Assembly: GCA_020435415.1 (NCBI GenBank)
Contig: JAGQZQ010000004.1
Location: 6,234 to 70,233, forward strand
DNA length: 64,000 bases
Source: Flavobacteriales bacterium
GTDB lineage: Bacteria; Bacteroidota; Bacteroidia; JACJYZ01
Reading direction: 5' to 3'
The translations under genes and the position numbers were made by a program. The notes beneath the pieces were generated by a model. The model was not told the origin of the DNA and searched no databases. It worked only from the letters and a program-made list of their open reading frames with translations. Positions within the stretch are counted from its first letter, which is position 1; each line of letters begins with the position of its first letter. This document shows positions 25,401-34,224 of this stretch, one piece after another.

Positions 25401-27494
25401 TTCAAGATAAGTGATGCTATTGATTGTTCGAATAAAACGGTGAACTTCCCGTATTCTTCCTATATTTTGATTACGCCTAAGAAAAAGTACGGCGGGGATT
25501 TAAGGGTCTCCAAAATTACAGCGAGTAATACCGAAGGACATGAGAGCCAGACACGGTATATATATACCCAGAATCATCGGTCGGATGGGGTGAGTTCTGG
25601 CGTATGTTCCATGGAATCAGAGCTTGACCGAGGAGAAGATCTTGAAATCTATGACCTTTATGATTGTCCTCAAACACCCGTATTGTATCAATATGTGGAC
25701 ATTCTTCAAGGACAGTTTGAAGGTGATGATGAGAATGATTATCTGACAAGAAGCGAATATACGTTTGCTGTACCGCATCATGAAATGCTCAAACTGTATA
25801 CCAAGACTTACGGTACTGAGTTAACCAATGGTAGTGTCACGGTTGCCAGTCATATAATAAAAAATTACACATCACGTATAGGTCAGCTGGAGGAGGTAAA
25901 GGAACTTGATAAACGGAGCAATACCTATAAAAGCGTAAAGTACAATTATTGGGATGGGAAGCAAAGTGATCTGGCAAAGTATGATTATATCGGGCAATTT
26001 ACTGAGAGCACGTTACTTTGCGACCGTGTACGTTATCAGTATACAGAGGATGGTGAAACGCACTGGTCAGCAGCTGATAAATTCTTACGCACAACCAAGG
26101 TTACGTATCCATCAATCCTTCAATCCGTTATCCTTACCGAAAAAGGTCAGTCCAAAACCATCACCAACACGGCCTATGATTTTCTGACGGGCAATGTATT
26201 GGAAACGGAGTACAGGAATTCCTTCGGGGATGAGTACAAGACCATGTCCGTGCCGGCATACAAAATATATGATGCAATGGGTTCCAAAGTGGATGACATC
26301 AACAACAAGAATATGCTCACCCAGGAAGGTGCCCAGTACCTCTACACCAAAGTGGATGGGGCGTGGAAGCCCATTGCCGCCTCCGTCCAGACCTGGAATG
26401 ATGAATGGAATTACCGGGAATACAATGCCAGCAAGAAAGCCTACGAGGACAAAGGAACTTCTGCATCCCAAACGCCCGTATGGCGCAAGTATAAAAGCTA
26501 TATATATAAATCATTGCTGGACGACGAACGCAAGGGCCTCCTCATGAATGCATCCAATACCGGGGTGGCGGATATCAACGGCTATACCGGCGCCGATGAC
26601 TTTGATTGGACGCCCGGAGAGGAAGTCGCCAACGAAGCCAAAGGCTGGCTCGTAGCCAGTGAGATCACCCGCTACAATCATTATTCGCATCCTCTGGAAG
26701 TGAAGGATATCAATGGCAATTACGCTTCCACCCGCCTGGATGCCACGGGAATTCATATGGTTGCTTCTGCCGCGGGCGCTGATTATAACAGTATGGCCTC
26801 CTCCGGTTTTGAGCAATCATACAGCCCCGCCACCGGCGTCACGCTCTTCGACAGCGAGATCACCAACGGCCAGATGCGCAATACACGCGAAGTACTGGCA
26901 CACACCGGTAGCTATGTTGCGAAGGTGTCCGCCGGACAATATGGCCCTGCATACATTGTCAAATATACCCCCGGTAATACGGATAATATTGAGCGGGGCC
27001 GCACTTACCGCGCCAGCGTTTGGGTGCATAAGAACAGCCCCGATGAGGCAACATTGGTCGTGCACGTCAGCGGTACAAATGCACCTAACGGGGAGACACC
27101 GTTCAGCATTTCCAAAAGCTCAACCAATGCCATCAAGGCCGGCGACTGGTACCTGCTGAACCTGGATGTGGCCATCCCTTCCAATTATGTATCCTCGGGA
27201 GGCAATGCCCATGACGATGTACGCGTCTATCTCTGGAATCCCGGAAGCAAGGCGGCCTACTTTGATGATTTCCGCTTCCGTCCCATTGATGCACCGATGA
27301 CGTCTACGGTTTACGATGAACTCACAGGCCAGGTTGTGGCTACCCTTGATAACGAGAACTTCGCCACCACATACCGCTATGATCCCGCCGGTCGCCTGGT
27401 GGAGGTGAAAAGGGAGTTTGCCGATAAGGCAGGTGAGACCGGGGGCTTTGTCAAGGTGAGTGATTATAAGTATAACTTTGGCCGGCAACCATAG
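22428..27494 (+). CDS. SpvB/TcB-like large secreted protein: N-terminal SpvB domain, C-terminal YD repeats, no RHS core or toxin tip
   Basis: It has a signal peptide. The segment LITGNFTWSIPTVFVPGPEGGFSMPLSYHGGIQTNQEASWVGLGWSLNPGAIVRN matches the SpvB / TcB N-terminal signature (S.P...P.G..G..P.LSY..G....G.GWSL....I.R). The C-terminus carries YD repeats (TVYDELTGQVV, YRYDPAGRLVEV). Confidence 0.6.
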   Translation: MIIPRFIRRILAVAFALVMTEAAVAPTVSLALTNNMHQQEYANYESNSSSDMVNLITGNFTWSIPTVFVPGPEGGFSMPLSYHGGIQTNQEASWVGLGWSLNPGAIVRNISQYPDDAVTERQLVTAWDPGANGSVVSMPLFTFTNHSEEGTGVSIGLGSLVRVGFGNDAGLTLVGVTLNDEGVKVDPVGIAMAAMTVLSAGASAAATVAAGATTSAAITSEVMGLAVSEFTGMGLNSLMSGRTSNIANMNGWKFESSTRNPPFFSLSDWKYYLNLKADHTMKGSMYLGTHIAAPNAQTPSTYIHRGERFDSDYEPAKPFGSFEASDMHMTVEDSYHKSYTPTSIAYDNYNVMGGGISGSITPYRLDIGTLAFPNQALDISRYQPVKFKEENFYGGLEFWENPVQFKYVGEVANAYRYHAGSAHEETYDTRFVESDDDFSGIAYAINDPAGTRPNIRNYKIRDEYVYNGYQAEPDRAPAEGLKNRHLAGARHISYFTNKEIASEYAVQLVDLTGFVDFLPPENDQHYMSGQQQTREEFRQSLPVAGIGGFSITREDGMVFHYSLPVYNVKQHSLSKKGTGDGSFSTVSMDEPYAVTWLLTAITGPDFVDRGGGLLKKDANHYIDEHDWGYWVKLDYGRFASQYKWRFPYWGFTNTSDGASYTTGLKETYYLNTISTRSHTALFIKDLRKDGRGSYNIYQPDINPNINAASSSKYDYPEILLPSSSLKLKEVIVLRNEDYHLLTQVGDGGKGLHWAVGAENNSKIENGDTFDYVLDSEDITSDIRIFLRYNQLSRIEFEMDYSLCKETLNSFDLNTADRSWMDGTLPTYTGKDGKLTLKEVKVYGRKDVRAMPAYKFYYSGENPNYRLNHYDAWGMYKPSGENHMEGRHPENAGIAWSLTKIETPLGSTVEIDYERDTYSQVSGYPVKIKVPLNASNYNNKTKTVFYSAYGDLKDGLLEAGDEIEVHAFATCNHGLPQSFVVNQTVTEVGNDYFKISDAIDCSNKTVNFPYSSYILITPKKKYGGDLRVSKITASNTEGHESQTRYIYTQNHRSDGVSSGVCSMESELDRGEDLEIYDLYDCPQTPVLYQYVDILQGQFEGDDENDYLTRSEYTFAVPHHEMLKLYTKTYGTELTNGSVTVASHIIKNYTSRIGQLEEVKELDKRSNTYKSVKYNYWDGKQSDLAKYDYIGQFTESTLLCDRVRYQYTEDGETHWSAADKFLRTTKVTYPSILQSVILTEKGQSKTITNTAYDFLTGNVLETEYRNSFGDEYKTMSVPAYKIYDAMGSKVDDINNKNMLTQEGAQYLYTKVDGAWKPIAASVQTWNDEWNYREYNASKKAYEDKGTSASQTPVWRKYKSYIYKSLLDDERKGLLMNASNTGVADINGYTGADDFDWTPGEEVANEAKGWLVASEITRYNHYSHPLEVKDINGNYASTRLDATGIHMVASAAGADYNSMASSGFEQSYSPATGVTLFDSEITNGQMRNTREVLAHTGSYVAKVSAGQYGPAYIVKYTPGNTDNIERGRTYRASVWVHKNSPDEATLVVHVSGTNAPNGETPFSISKSSTNAIKAGDWYLLNLDVAIPSNYVSSGGNAHDDVRVYLWNPGSKAAYFDDFRFRPIDAPMTSTVYDELTGQVVATLDNENFATTYRYDPAGRLVEVKREFADKAGETGGFVKVSDYKYNFGRQP

Positions 27495-27506
27495 AATAAC
27501 CATGCA

Positions 27507-28037
27507 ATGATGAACAAAGTAACCCTCACGTTAAGCGTCGCCGCACTTTTGCTGTCGACATCCTTATATTTCTTCGGATTTACTTCAGGTGATAAAATAG
27601 CATACGTGGAGAATACCCGCCTGGTCCTGGAATACAAGGCCATGAAAGAAGCCCGCGCCGCCTTTGAACAAAAGGCTAAATTATGGCAGGACAATGTCGA
27701 TACCCTGGGCGCTGAAATGCAGCGCAAACTTCAGGAGTATGAGAAGAAACGTGCCTCATTATCCGAAAGTGAGTTGAAACTGATGGAAGAATTGTTGAAT
27801 ACCAAAGATCAGCAATACCGCCAATACACCGAAGCCATGCAACAGAAATACCGTGAGGAAGAACAAAAATACCAGGGCGAGGTGATCCAGCAAATGAACA
27901 CCCTTATCAAGGACTGGGGCAAGGAACATCACTACCGCATCATCATGGGCGCCACAAATATGGGAAACGTGGTCTATGCGGATGAGGCCATCAATGTCAC
28001 CGATGAGGTGCTGAAAATGTTGAACGGGGAGGAATAG
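27507..28037 (+). CDS. skp: OmpH/Skp family periplasmic chaperone
   Basis: 176 aa. It has a signal peptide, a coiled-coil body rich in Q/E/K, and a C-terminus (GNVVYADEAINVTDEVLKMLNGEE) typical of Bacteroidetes OmpH. Confidence 0.7.
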   Translation: MMNKVTLTLSVAALLLSTSLYFFGFTSGDKIAYVENTRLVLEYKAMKEARAAFEQKAKLWQDNVDTLGAEMQRKLQEYEKKRASLSESELKLMEELLNTKDQQYRQYTEAMQQKYREEEQKYQGEVIQQMNTLIKDWGKEHHYRIIMGATNMGNVVYADEAINVTDEVLKMLNGEE

Positions 28038-28041
28038 GTAT

Positions 28042-28072
28042 GTTTAAGGTTCAAGGTCTAAGGTTTAAAGTT
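28042..28072. repeat. Copy of the intergenic TTTAAGGTTCAAGG motif element (gtttaaggttcaaggtctaaggtttaaagtt)
   Basis: It is about 90 % identical to the motif at 42361-42383, which has an inverted tandem copy at 42405-42437. Confidence 0.6.
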
Positions 28073-28742
28073 GCCTCGCGTGTGGGGTAGTCTTCCGGTC
28101 ATGTGGTTGCCAGGCCGGGTTTTTACAGCATACTTTTCGCTGATCGGTTTCCTGTTTGCAGGATGTGTATTGTTGGTTTCCTGTGGTTCCGGAGATACCG
28201 TGACGAAGCAGGAACTTCAGGAATATCTCCGGGATGCGGAACACGGTCTTACCAAACAACGTGAAGTGGGAAATGCAAGGATCAGTCTGACCTACCGCCC
28301 GGTGGACCTGTTGGTGGAACGGGACCTGAGGGACCGGGAGCGGATCACGCAGGAAGCCATCGATTCAGCGCGTGCACCTTATTCGGATTTCCATTACTTC
28401 ATCCTGAGTATGTCCGTCAACAACAAAGAAGTGGCTCATGCCAGTCTGTCCGACCGCACTGTATTTACACAAATGATTGAACGATTGTCTTTCGATATGG
28501 GGCGTTTCGTTTACATCATATCAGATCATAAGGATACTGTGCATCTGGCGGATTTTATCTATCCCCGCATGTATGGCATGACCGGCGGCACTGAAATGCT
28601 GCTGGCCTTCCCAAAGGCTTCACTGCAAAAGTCCCGAAGGTTTGAATTTGTATTGGAGGATATCGGGCTGCAGATCGGAACCACACGGTTTTCGTTTGAG
28701 ACGGATGATCTGGGTCGTGTGCCGGTATGGGATTGGTCCTGA
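28071..28742 (+). CDS. Hypothetical lipoprotein
   Basis: It has the lipobox-like CVLLVSCGSG. The true start is probably the Met at 28101. Confidence 0.5.
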   Translation: MPRVWGSLPVMWLPGRVFTAYFSLIGFLFAGCVLLVSCGSGDTVTKQELQEYLRDAEHGLTKQREVGNARISLTYRPVDLLVERDLRDRERITQEAIDSARAPYSDFHYFILSMSVNNKEVAHASLSDRTVFTQMIERLSFDMGRFVYIISDHKDTVHLADFIYPRMYGMTGGTEMLLAFPKASLQKSRRFEFVLEDIGLQIGTTRFSFETDDLGRVPVWDWS

Positions 28743-28810
28743 TGGTCGTGTGTTGTACATCGTACCCATTGAGTGAAGGGGTATGCCAGTGCCAAAGTTT
28801 TTTGAATCCG

Positions 28811-29737
28811 TTATTCAACACTAATAAATTCCTCGATAAGGTGTTTTTTGCTTGGATGAACAAAAAAACAATTCCTTACGCCGTCATCCTGTGTTCTCTT
28901 GATTGAGGTTACCTTTTTTAAGCCCGTTCCAATGTGATTATAAAACTCATATCCAAAACCAGTCATGATTTCTTCCAGCTGTTCTTCGATCACATTAAAT
29001 AAGGTCTCGCAAATAATTATGGGTTTCATCTGGGTTAATACCATTGTCGATTTGGATAGAATGAGATGTTCTGTTCCTTCAGTATCCATTTTAATAAGAT
29101 CTATTTCCCGTTCGTTGTTTGTTGCAACGTATTGATCCAGGGTAGTAGTCCTGACTTTCGAGATGTGAAAATTTCTGCCGGTCGTTATGCTTCCCGCGTT
29201 ACTTTCTCCAGCCAGACAGTGCTCCAGGAATTTGTATTTTTTATTGCGAATCTCATAAAAATCGATGGTGCCTTCAATGTTTGATAGGGCAATTGCTTCC
29301 ACTGTAATATTGGATATGCCATTAATGGTAATATTGCGGTTCAGGTAAAATGCCGGACCTGTAGCCGGCTCGAAACATACAATTCGGATACCACTGTTCT
29401 CGGATGCGGCAATTAATGTGTAATACCCGAGGTTAGCACCAATATCATAAAATGAGTGAACTTTCTTAATGAGCTTTATAAAGATGGCGGTATACTCAAA
29501 GGTTTGGTATCCATCCCAAAAAATAACCGATCCGAACCCTGAACTTTGATTTAAGCTGAATTTAATGCTATTTCCGTTGCTGTTCTTCGCTTTGATAATT
29601 CCGGATGGCGGTATCCGTATCGAATTGGGAAGAAAGGGACTCAGAAGTTTATTAATATTTCTTAAAACATAATTTATGTTCTCGGAATATATGATCCTGT
29701 AAATCAGTTGTAGCATCTTTGGGTAAGTATTTGTCAA
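28811..29737 (-). CDS. FkbM-family methyltransferase
   Basis: It has the SAM-binding motif YDIGANLGYYTLIAA and ...VCFEPATGPAFYLNRN, typical of the FkbM family. It sits in the polysaccharide gene cluster. Confidence 0.7.
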   Translation of the reverse strand: MTNTYPKMLQLIYRIIYSENINYVLRNINKLLSPFLPNSIRIPPSGIIKAKNSNGNSIKFSLNQSSGFGSVIFWDGYQTFEYTAIFIKLIKKVHSFYDIGANLGYYTLIAASENSGIRIVCFEPATGPAFYLNRNITINGISNITVEAIALSNIEGTIDFYEIRNKKYKFLEHCLAGESNAGSITTGRNFHISKVRTTTLDQYVATNNEREIDLIKMDTEGTEHLILSKSTMVLTQMKPIIICETLFNVIEEQLEEIMTGFGYEFYNHIGTGLKKVTSIKRTQDDGVRNCFFVHPSKKHLIEEFISVE

Positions 29738-29913
29738 TCCATAAGCACCTTCAAATCCCGATTAAAGATAACCATAGTAATTTATTTCGGAATGGTTTAA
29801 TACAAAGGCTGGGAGATTGTATGGATTCAGCGGGTAGACGCATGACTCATTCATCCAGCATCTATTGATGGTGCGACTTAGATCATCCTCGAGAATAGCG
29901 GGTGATATTGTAT

Positions 29914-30806
29914 TTATTGAGTGATCAATTCAATTCTGCCAATGGCTATCCCTTTGTTTGAGATTACTTTAACAAGGTAAAAACCAGGTTGCAGATTTGA
30001 CAGATCAATGGATACCCTATCACGACTTACCTGAATTGATTGAACACGCACTCCGGATATGGTGTACACTTCCAGAACGGTATTATTTTCGTTATGAAAG
30101 TTAGAAGGAATTTTTACAGAAATACCACCGGTAGACGGATTCGGGAATATACTCAGTTCTTCAACATCTTTTTCGTTTCCGAATATCCCACTTTCCGTTG
30201 CATAACAAACTTCCAGTGTGGGATGTTTTGTACTATCTGCGACATCTATGGAGCAGAACAATAGAGCATTGGACGGAGTTTCATCAACAAGCCTTAGCAG
30301 GAAACCAAAATTGTCGCCTGAGTACATATCCTGAACCAACGATCGCACATCTATGGCGGATAATCCTGCACCGAGCTGGTGGACACAGGCAGTGTTACTT
30401 CATTTTGACTGGTCGTGGTCGGTTGTGAATTCCATGAAACGGTATTGTCCTGCCAATTTTGTGTGACTCTTTGTAACAAGGCGCTGTTGTTCTGTCCTGT
30501 ATGACCGGGTAATGTACCAACAGGTCCTAAGGCATACAAATTCAGATTAGCACTGGTTATGGTTGCCCCATTTGGTATTCCTGAAAGATCAAAGTGGATC
30601 GATGCCCGGTTCTCGTTTAATCCTCCCGAGGCTCCGGGTATGATGTATGCAGGATTTTGAACAGCATCACCATAATTATTATTTGCGGTATTGTAATTGT
30701 CATGATATCCAATCGCAGCATCGTAATCTGCAATAATCGACACCGTTGTTTGTCCGTTTACTACCTGGACAAGCAAAAAAAGCATGCAGAGAACAATGTC
30801 TTTCAT
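29914..30806 (-). pseudogene. DNRLRE-domain protein with a T9SS C-terminal sorting domain, split by an apparent frameshift near 30348-30353
   Basis: The upstream part (30351..30806) has a signal peptide plus a DNRLRE-like motif (ANLNLYA...VTQNWQDNTVSWNSQP). The downstream part (29914..30348) is in a different frame and ends in a T9SS CTD (IFPNPSTGGISVKIP ... LQPGFYLVKVISNKGIAIGRIEL). Confidence 0.5.
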
Positions 30807-30948
30807 ATCATGTTTTTAGGATGACGACTAGATGATATCTGATATACAAGAATGACAGTCAAGTGATACCCATCATTCAAAGATATTTATTTATCTGCAT
30901 GTTTTTACTATGATTGCTATTTAAGGATTGGGACGCACGCATAACTAA

Positions 30949-32103
30949 CTACTTTATCCTTTCTAATACACTCGTATAAATGCTGCTAATTTGATGACCA
31001 ACAGAATTCTGACTGAATTTGTTAGCTACTGTACTTGCGATCATTGCCCTGTCGAAGGTTCTGGTCATTGCCTGAAGGATTGCGGATTCCCATGACGGGA
31101 CATCATTTTTTGTGAGTACACCATTTTCTTCGTTGATTAATTCAGGAATGGCAGCTACCTCAGATGCGATGACAGGAAGGCCACACATTAGTGACTCGGC
31201 AATGACCACACTGAATGTTTCATAAAGTGTAGGGTGCAGAAGAAAATCCGAAGATTGCATTTTCTGAGCAATATAGCTTTTGGGTTTTTGCCCTGAGAAT
31301 ATGGCTTTGATCCCAAGGTCGCTTGCCTGTTTTTTCATTGCATCGATCATATTTCCGGATCCGATGAACTCCAGTTCAATTTTATAACCGGGGTGGCTTT
31401 TGTGAATGTTACCTATAGCCTGGATAACCAGTTCCGGGAATTTGAACTGAACCTTTCCCCTGGTCCAATTTGCTACCGCAATAAAACGAATGGGTCTATC
31501 AGTGTCAGGTTTTTTAGCTTTGAAGTGGAATGTCTCCTGGGGCACGACATTGGGGACAATGGAAATTTTTGCCGGATCATTTACGAATGGTTTTATTGCT
31601 TCTCTCAGGAAATCAGAAACAGCTAAGATTGCAGCAGTTCGATTATACGCCTGACGCCCCCTATTCTTATCCAGATGGGTGGTAAAAAACTTGTTCAGGC
31701 CTGACCAGTGTTCACTAATAATGTGAGGGATCCCCATTTTTTTCGAAAGCCGATCGCCGAAGATTCCGGCAGGGAAGACAACGTTAGAATGGATCATATC
31801 AAATCTTCCTGCCTCCGCCAGTTTAAACACCCTTCGTTCAACAATTTTATAAAAGAAACGACTAAAGTAGTAGTAACCCTTCCACAGCATAGAGCTGATA
31901 ATTATTCTTGTTGTAGGCAGATCAGCTACTGTTTCACTTCGGTATTCAATAGAAAATAACCCGGAACCTTTTTGGATGCAAACGTGAACAACATGAATGT
32001 TTACACCCGTTTTTGCAATGGTGATAGCCTGTTCCTGAATAAAAATACCTTTACCGGGTAACTCTTGGGTTGGATACCAGAATGTGAGAAATAGAATATT
32101 CAT
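30949..32103 (-). CDS. Glycosyltransferase family 4 (GT-B, group 1)
   Basis: The C-terminal GT1 motif region reads FLLHPTLYETFSVVIAESLMCGLPVIASEVAAIPELI. Confidence 0.75.
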   Translation of the reverse strand: MNILFLTFWYPTQELPGKGIFIQEQAITIAKTGVNIHVVHVCIQKGSGLFSIEYRSETVADLPTTRIIISSMLWKGYYYFSRFFYKIVERRVFKLAEAGRFDMIHSNVVFPAGIFGDRLSKKMGIPHIISEHWSGLNKFFTTHLDKNRGRQAYNRTAAILAVSDFLREAIKPFVNDPAKISIVPNVVPQETFHFKAKKPDTDRPIRFIAVANWTRGKVQFKFPELVIQAIGNIHKSHPGYKIELEFIGSGNMIDAMKKQASDLGIKAIFSGQKPKSYIAQKMQSSDFLLHPTLYETFSVVIAESLMCGLPVIASEVAAIPELINEENGVLTKNDVPSWESAILQAMTRTFDRAMIASTVANKFSQNSVGHQISSIYTSVLERIK

Positions 32104-32246
32104 CTAACCTATATTTGTAAGGTAATCGCAAAATCACGATGTTGTTTCAATACTATTGAAACAACATGGTTCCCTGTGCCGATATTTATTCGTGCCGTAT
32201 TTTGAATTTGTAGATATTTGCTAATATATCAACAATCGACTTTCAA

Positions 32247-33260
32247 ATGACACCAGCTAAATGGATTGCACGCAATTTGGTGTTTCCTCTTGTCTATGAA
32301 ACAGGTATCCATAAGCTTTTATACAAGGATGGCAGAAGAGGTATGGTGCTGATGTATCATGGTGTTAATAATGACGGAGGGTTGCGTTATAACGGTAGAC
32401 ATATTTCAGAAACACGATTTGACCGGCACCTCGAATATTTAAAGAAAAATTTTAGAATTGTTTCCTTGGATACGATGTTCAAAGCATATCGCAGTGGTCA
32501 GCCGTTTTCTGGAGATACTATTGCTATAACCTTTGATGATGGTTTTGAGAATAACTTTACTCATGCTTTTCCTTTGATAAAGAAGCATCAGGTTCCGGTA
32601 ACATTCTTTGTGTCTTCTGTATGCCTGGAAGAGGAAAACGCCATATTGTGGCCGGACCTTTGTGATGTTCTCAGGGTTGAATCGGGAAGAACCATAAGCC
32701 ATGGGGGGTATCATTTTACCCCATATGGATATGATTGGAGAGATAATGAGAAACATCAATACCTCAGTGATTACATAAAGCATATGGGCTACGACAGTAG
32801 AACAAATTTTATCGACTTTGTGAGAGAGAAATTTAGTTTTGATGAGCTGCTGACAAGGGTTGATAAAACCCAATGGAAATTGCTAAACAGGGCCCAGATA
32901 AAGGAAATGGCAGATTGCGAATATGTAGAAATCGCGTCCCACGCACATCATCATTATAACCTTGCCATGATTCCACCGGAAGATGCATTTTCTGAAATAA
33001 CCAAATCTCGGGAGATCCTAGAAGAGGCTATAAATAAGAAAGTTGTCTCTATTGCTTTTCCCGATGGTAATTATGATGAGAGAATCAAGAAATATTGTCT
33101 GGATGCGGGATATGAAAATTTATGCGCCGTGAGATATTTATTGCCAGGCGATTCAGAAGATCAAAGTATCCTGCCCCGTCACGGCATCAGTTCTACAACA
33201 AACTATTATTCCAATATCATTCACTTGTACAAAAGTTTCAGCAAAGATGGTTTCTCTTGA
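32247..33260 (+). CDS. Polysaccharide deacetylase (NodB homology domain)
   Basis: TFDDGFENNFTHAFPLIKKHQVPVTFFV is the NodB motif 1/2 pattern. Confidence 0.75.
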   Translation: MTPAKWIARNLVFPLVYETGIHKLLYKDGRRGMVLMYHGVNNDGGLRYNGRHISETRFDRHLEYLKKNFRIVSLDTMFKAYRSGQPFSGDTIAITFDDGFENNFTHAFPLIKKHQVPVTFFVSSVCLEEENAILWPDLCDVLRVESGRTISHGGYHFTPYGYDWRDNEKHQYLSDYIKHMGYDSRTNFIDFVREKFSFDELLTRVDKTQWKLLNRAQIKEMADCEYVEIASHAHHHYNLAMIPPEDAFSEITKSREILEEAINKKVVSIAFPDGNYDERIKKYCLDAGYENLCAVRYLLPGDSEDQSILPRHGISSTTNYYSNIIHLYKSFSKDGFS

Positions 33261-34191
33261 AACAAAAGAAAGTACTTCATTGACCTTTAAAAGGATCGGA
33301 CCCGATCACTTTGAGGATTTTCAATGGTTATTTCAGGAGTGTTTTGGTGTCAGGATAGGCATAGACAAAATCAGGAATAAGTATGATACCGAAGAATTCG
33401 GAATGTCATATATCGGATATTTTGCGTTTGATGGAGATAAGCCGGCAGCACATTACGCTGTGTTACCAGTACCAATGACCATCAAAGGGAAGGATGTGAT
33501 CGCAGTACAATCAGCGGATACCATGACTCATTCTGACTACCGTGGCAGAGGATTATTCATTAAGCTGGCTAAAATGACCTATGAGCTTGCCGCGAAGGAA
33601 GGGGCTAAACTTGTCTTTGGGTGGCCGAATAAAAATTCATACCCCGGCTTCAAGAATAAGTTAAACTGGCTTGAACTAGGGTTGATGAAGAAATATATAT
33701 TTCCCGTGGCCACCCTGCCTTTATCTGAAGTGTTCTGGAAAGTGAAGCTGCTAAAGTCATTTTATTACCAATCGATCCTTGGTGCAGCAAAAAAACGACA
33801 GGGGACATTCCCATCCGATATTAAAGTTGACGTTAATGGTATTCCACGTAGCCAGTCATACCTTAAATATAAGGCGAATCTAGGTTCTGTTTGCCTGGAC
33901 ATCGGAAGGTACGGGAAAGCCTGGGTCGGATTTGACACCAGGATGAAGGTAGGTGATCTCTCTTGTGAAAAGAAAGACCTTCTTCAGACCATCAAGCACT
34001 TGAAACGTTTGGCAGGGCGGTGGGGATTCAGGCAGGTAGTGTTTATCGTTTCACCAGGCTCGGCATGGGATAAACAATTGTCTGAATACTTCAAAGCTGT
34101 GGATGATCTGCCATTGATGTATTATCCGTTCGATAAGGACTATGTTTTGGAATCATTGAATCTTACAGGTGGAGATTATGACACATTCTAG
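33247..34191 (+). CDS. GNAT-family N-acetyltransferase (FemAB/peptidoglycan-bridge-like fold)
   Basis: The acetyl-CoA-binding-like segment reads VIAVQSADTMTHSDYRGRGLFIKLAKMTYELAAKEGAKLVFGWPN. It overlaps the deacetylase by 14 nt. Confidence 0.55.
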   Translation: MVSLETKESTSLTFKRIGPDHFEDFQWLFQECFGVRIGIDKIRNKYDTEEFGMSYIGYFAFDGDKPAAHYAVLPVPMTIKGKDVIAVQSADTMTHSDYRGRGLFIKLAKMTYELAAKEGAKLVFGWPNKNSYPGFKNKLNWLELGLMKKYIFPVATLPLSEVFWKVKLLKSFYYQSILGAAKKRQGTFPSDIKVDVNGIPRSQSYLKYKANLGSVCLDIGRYGKAWVGFDTRMKVGDLSCEKKDLLQTIKHLKRLAGRWGFRQVVFIVSPGSAWDKQLSEYFKAVDDLPLMYYPFDKDYVLESLNLTGGDYDTF

Positions 34192-34224
34192 TCATCGGGC
34201 AACGGATTAGTGCACCAAGCCTGA

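Noticed and set aside
27494-27507. Truncation or pseudogenisation of the SpvB-like gene at its 3' end
   Set aside because: The ORF ends with a clean stop 12 nt before the skp start. There is no downstream frame-shifted continuation encoding an RHS core or toxin, so it appears to be a genuine tip-less protein and not a broken rhs gene, pending comparison with orthologues.
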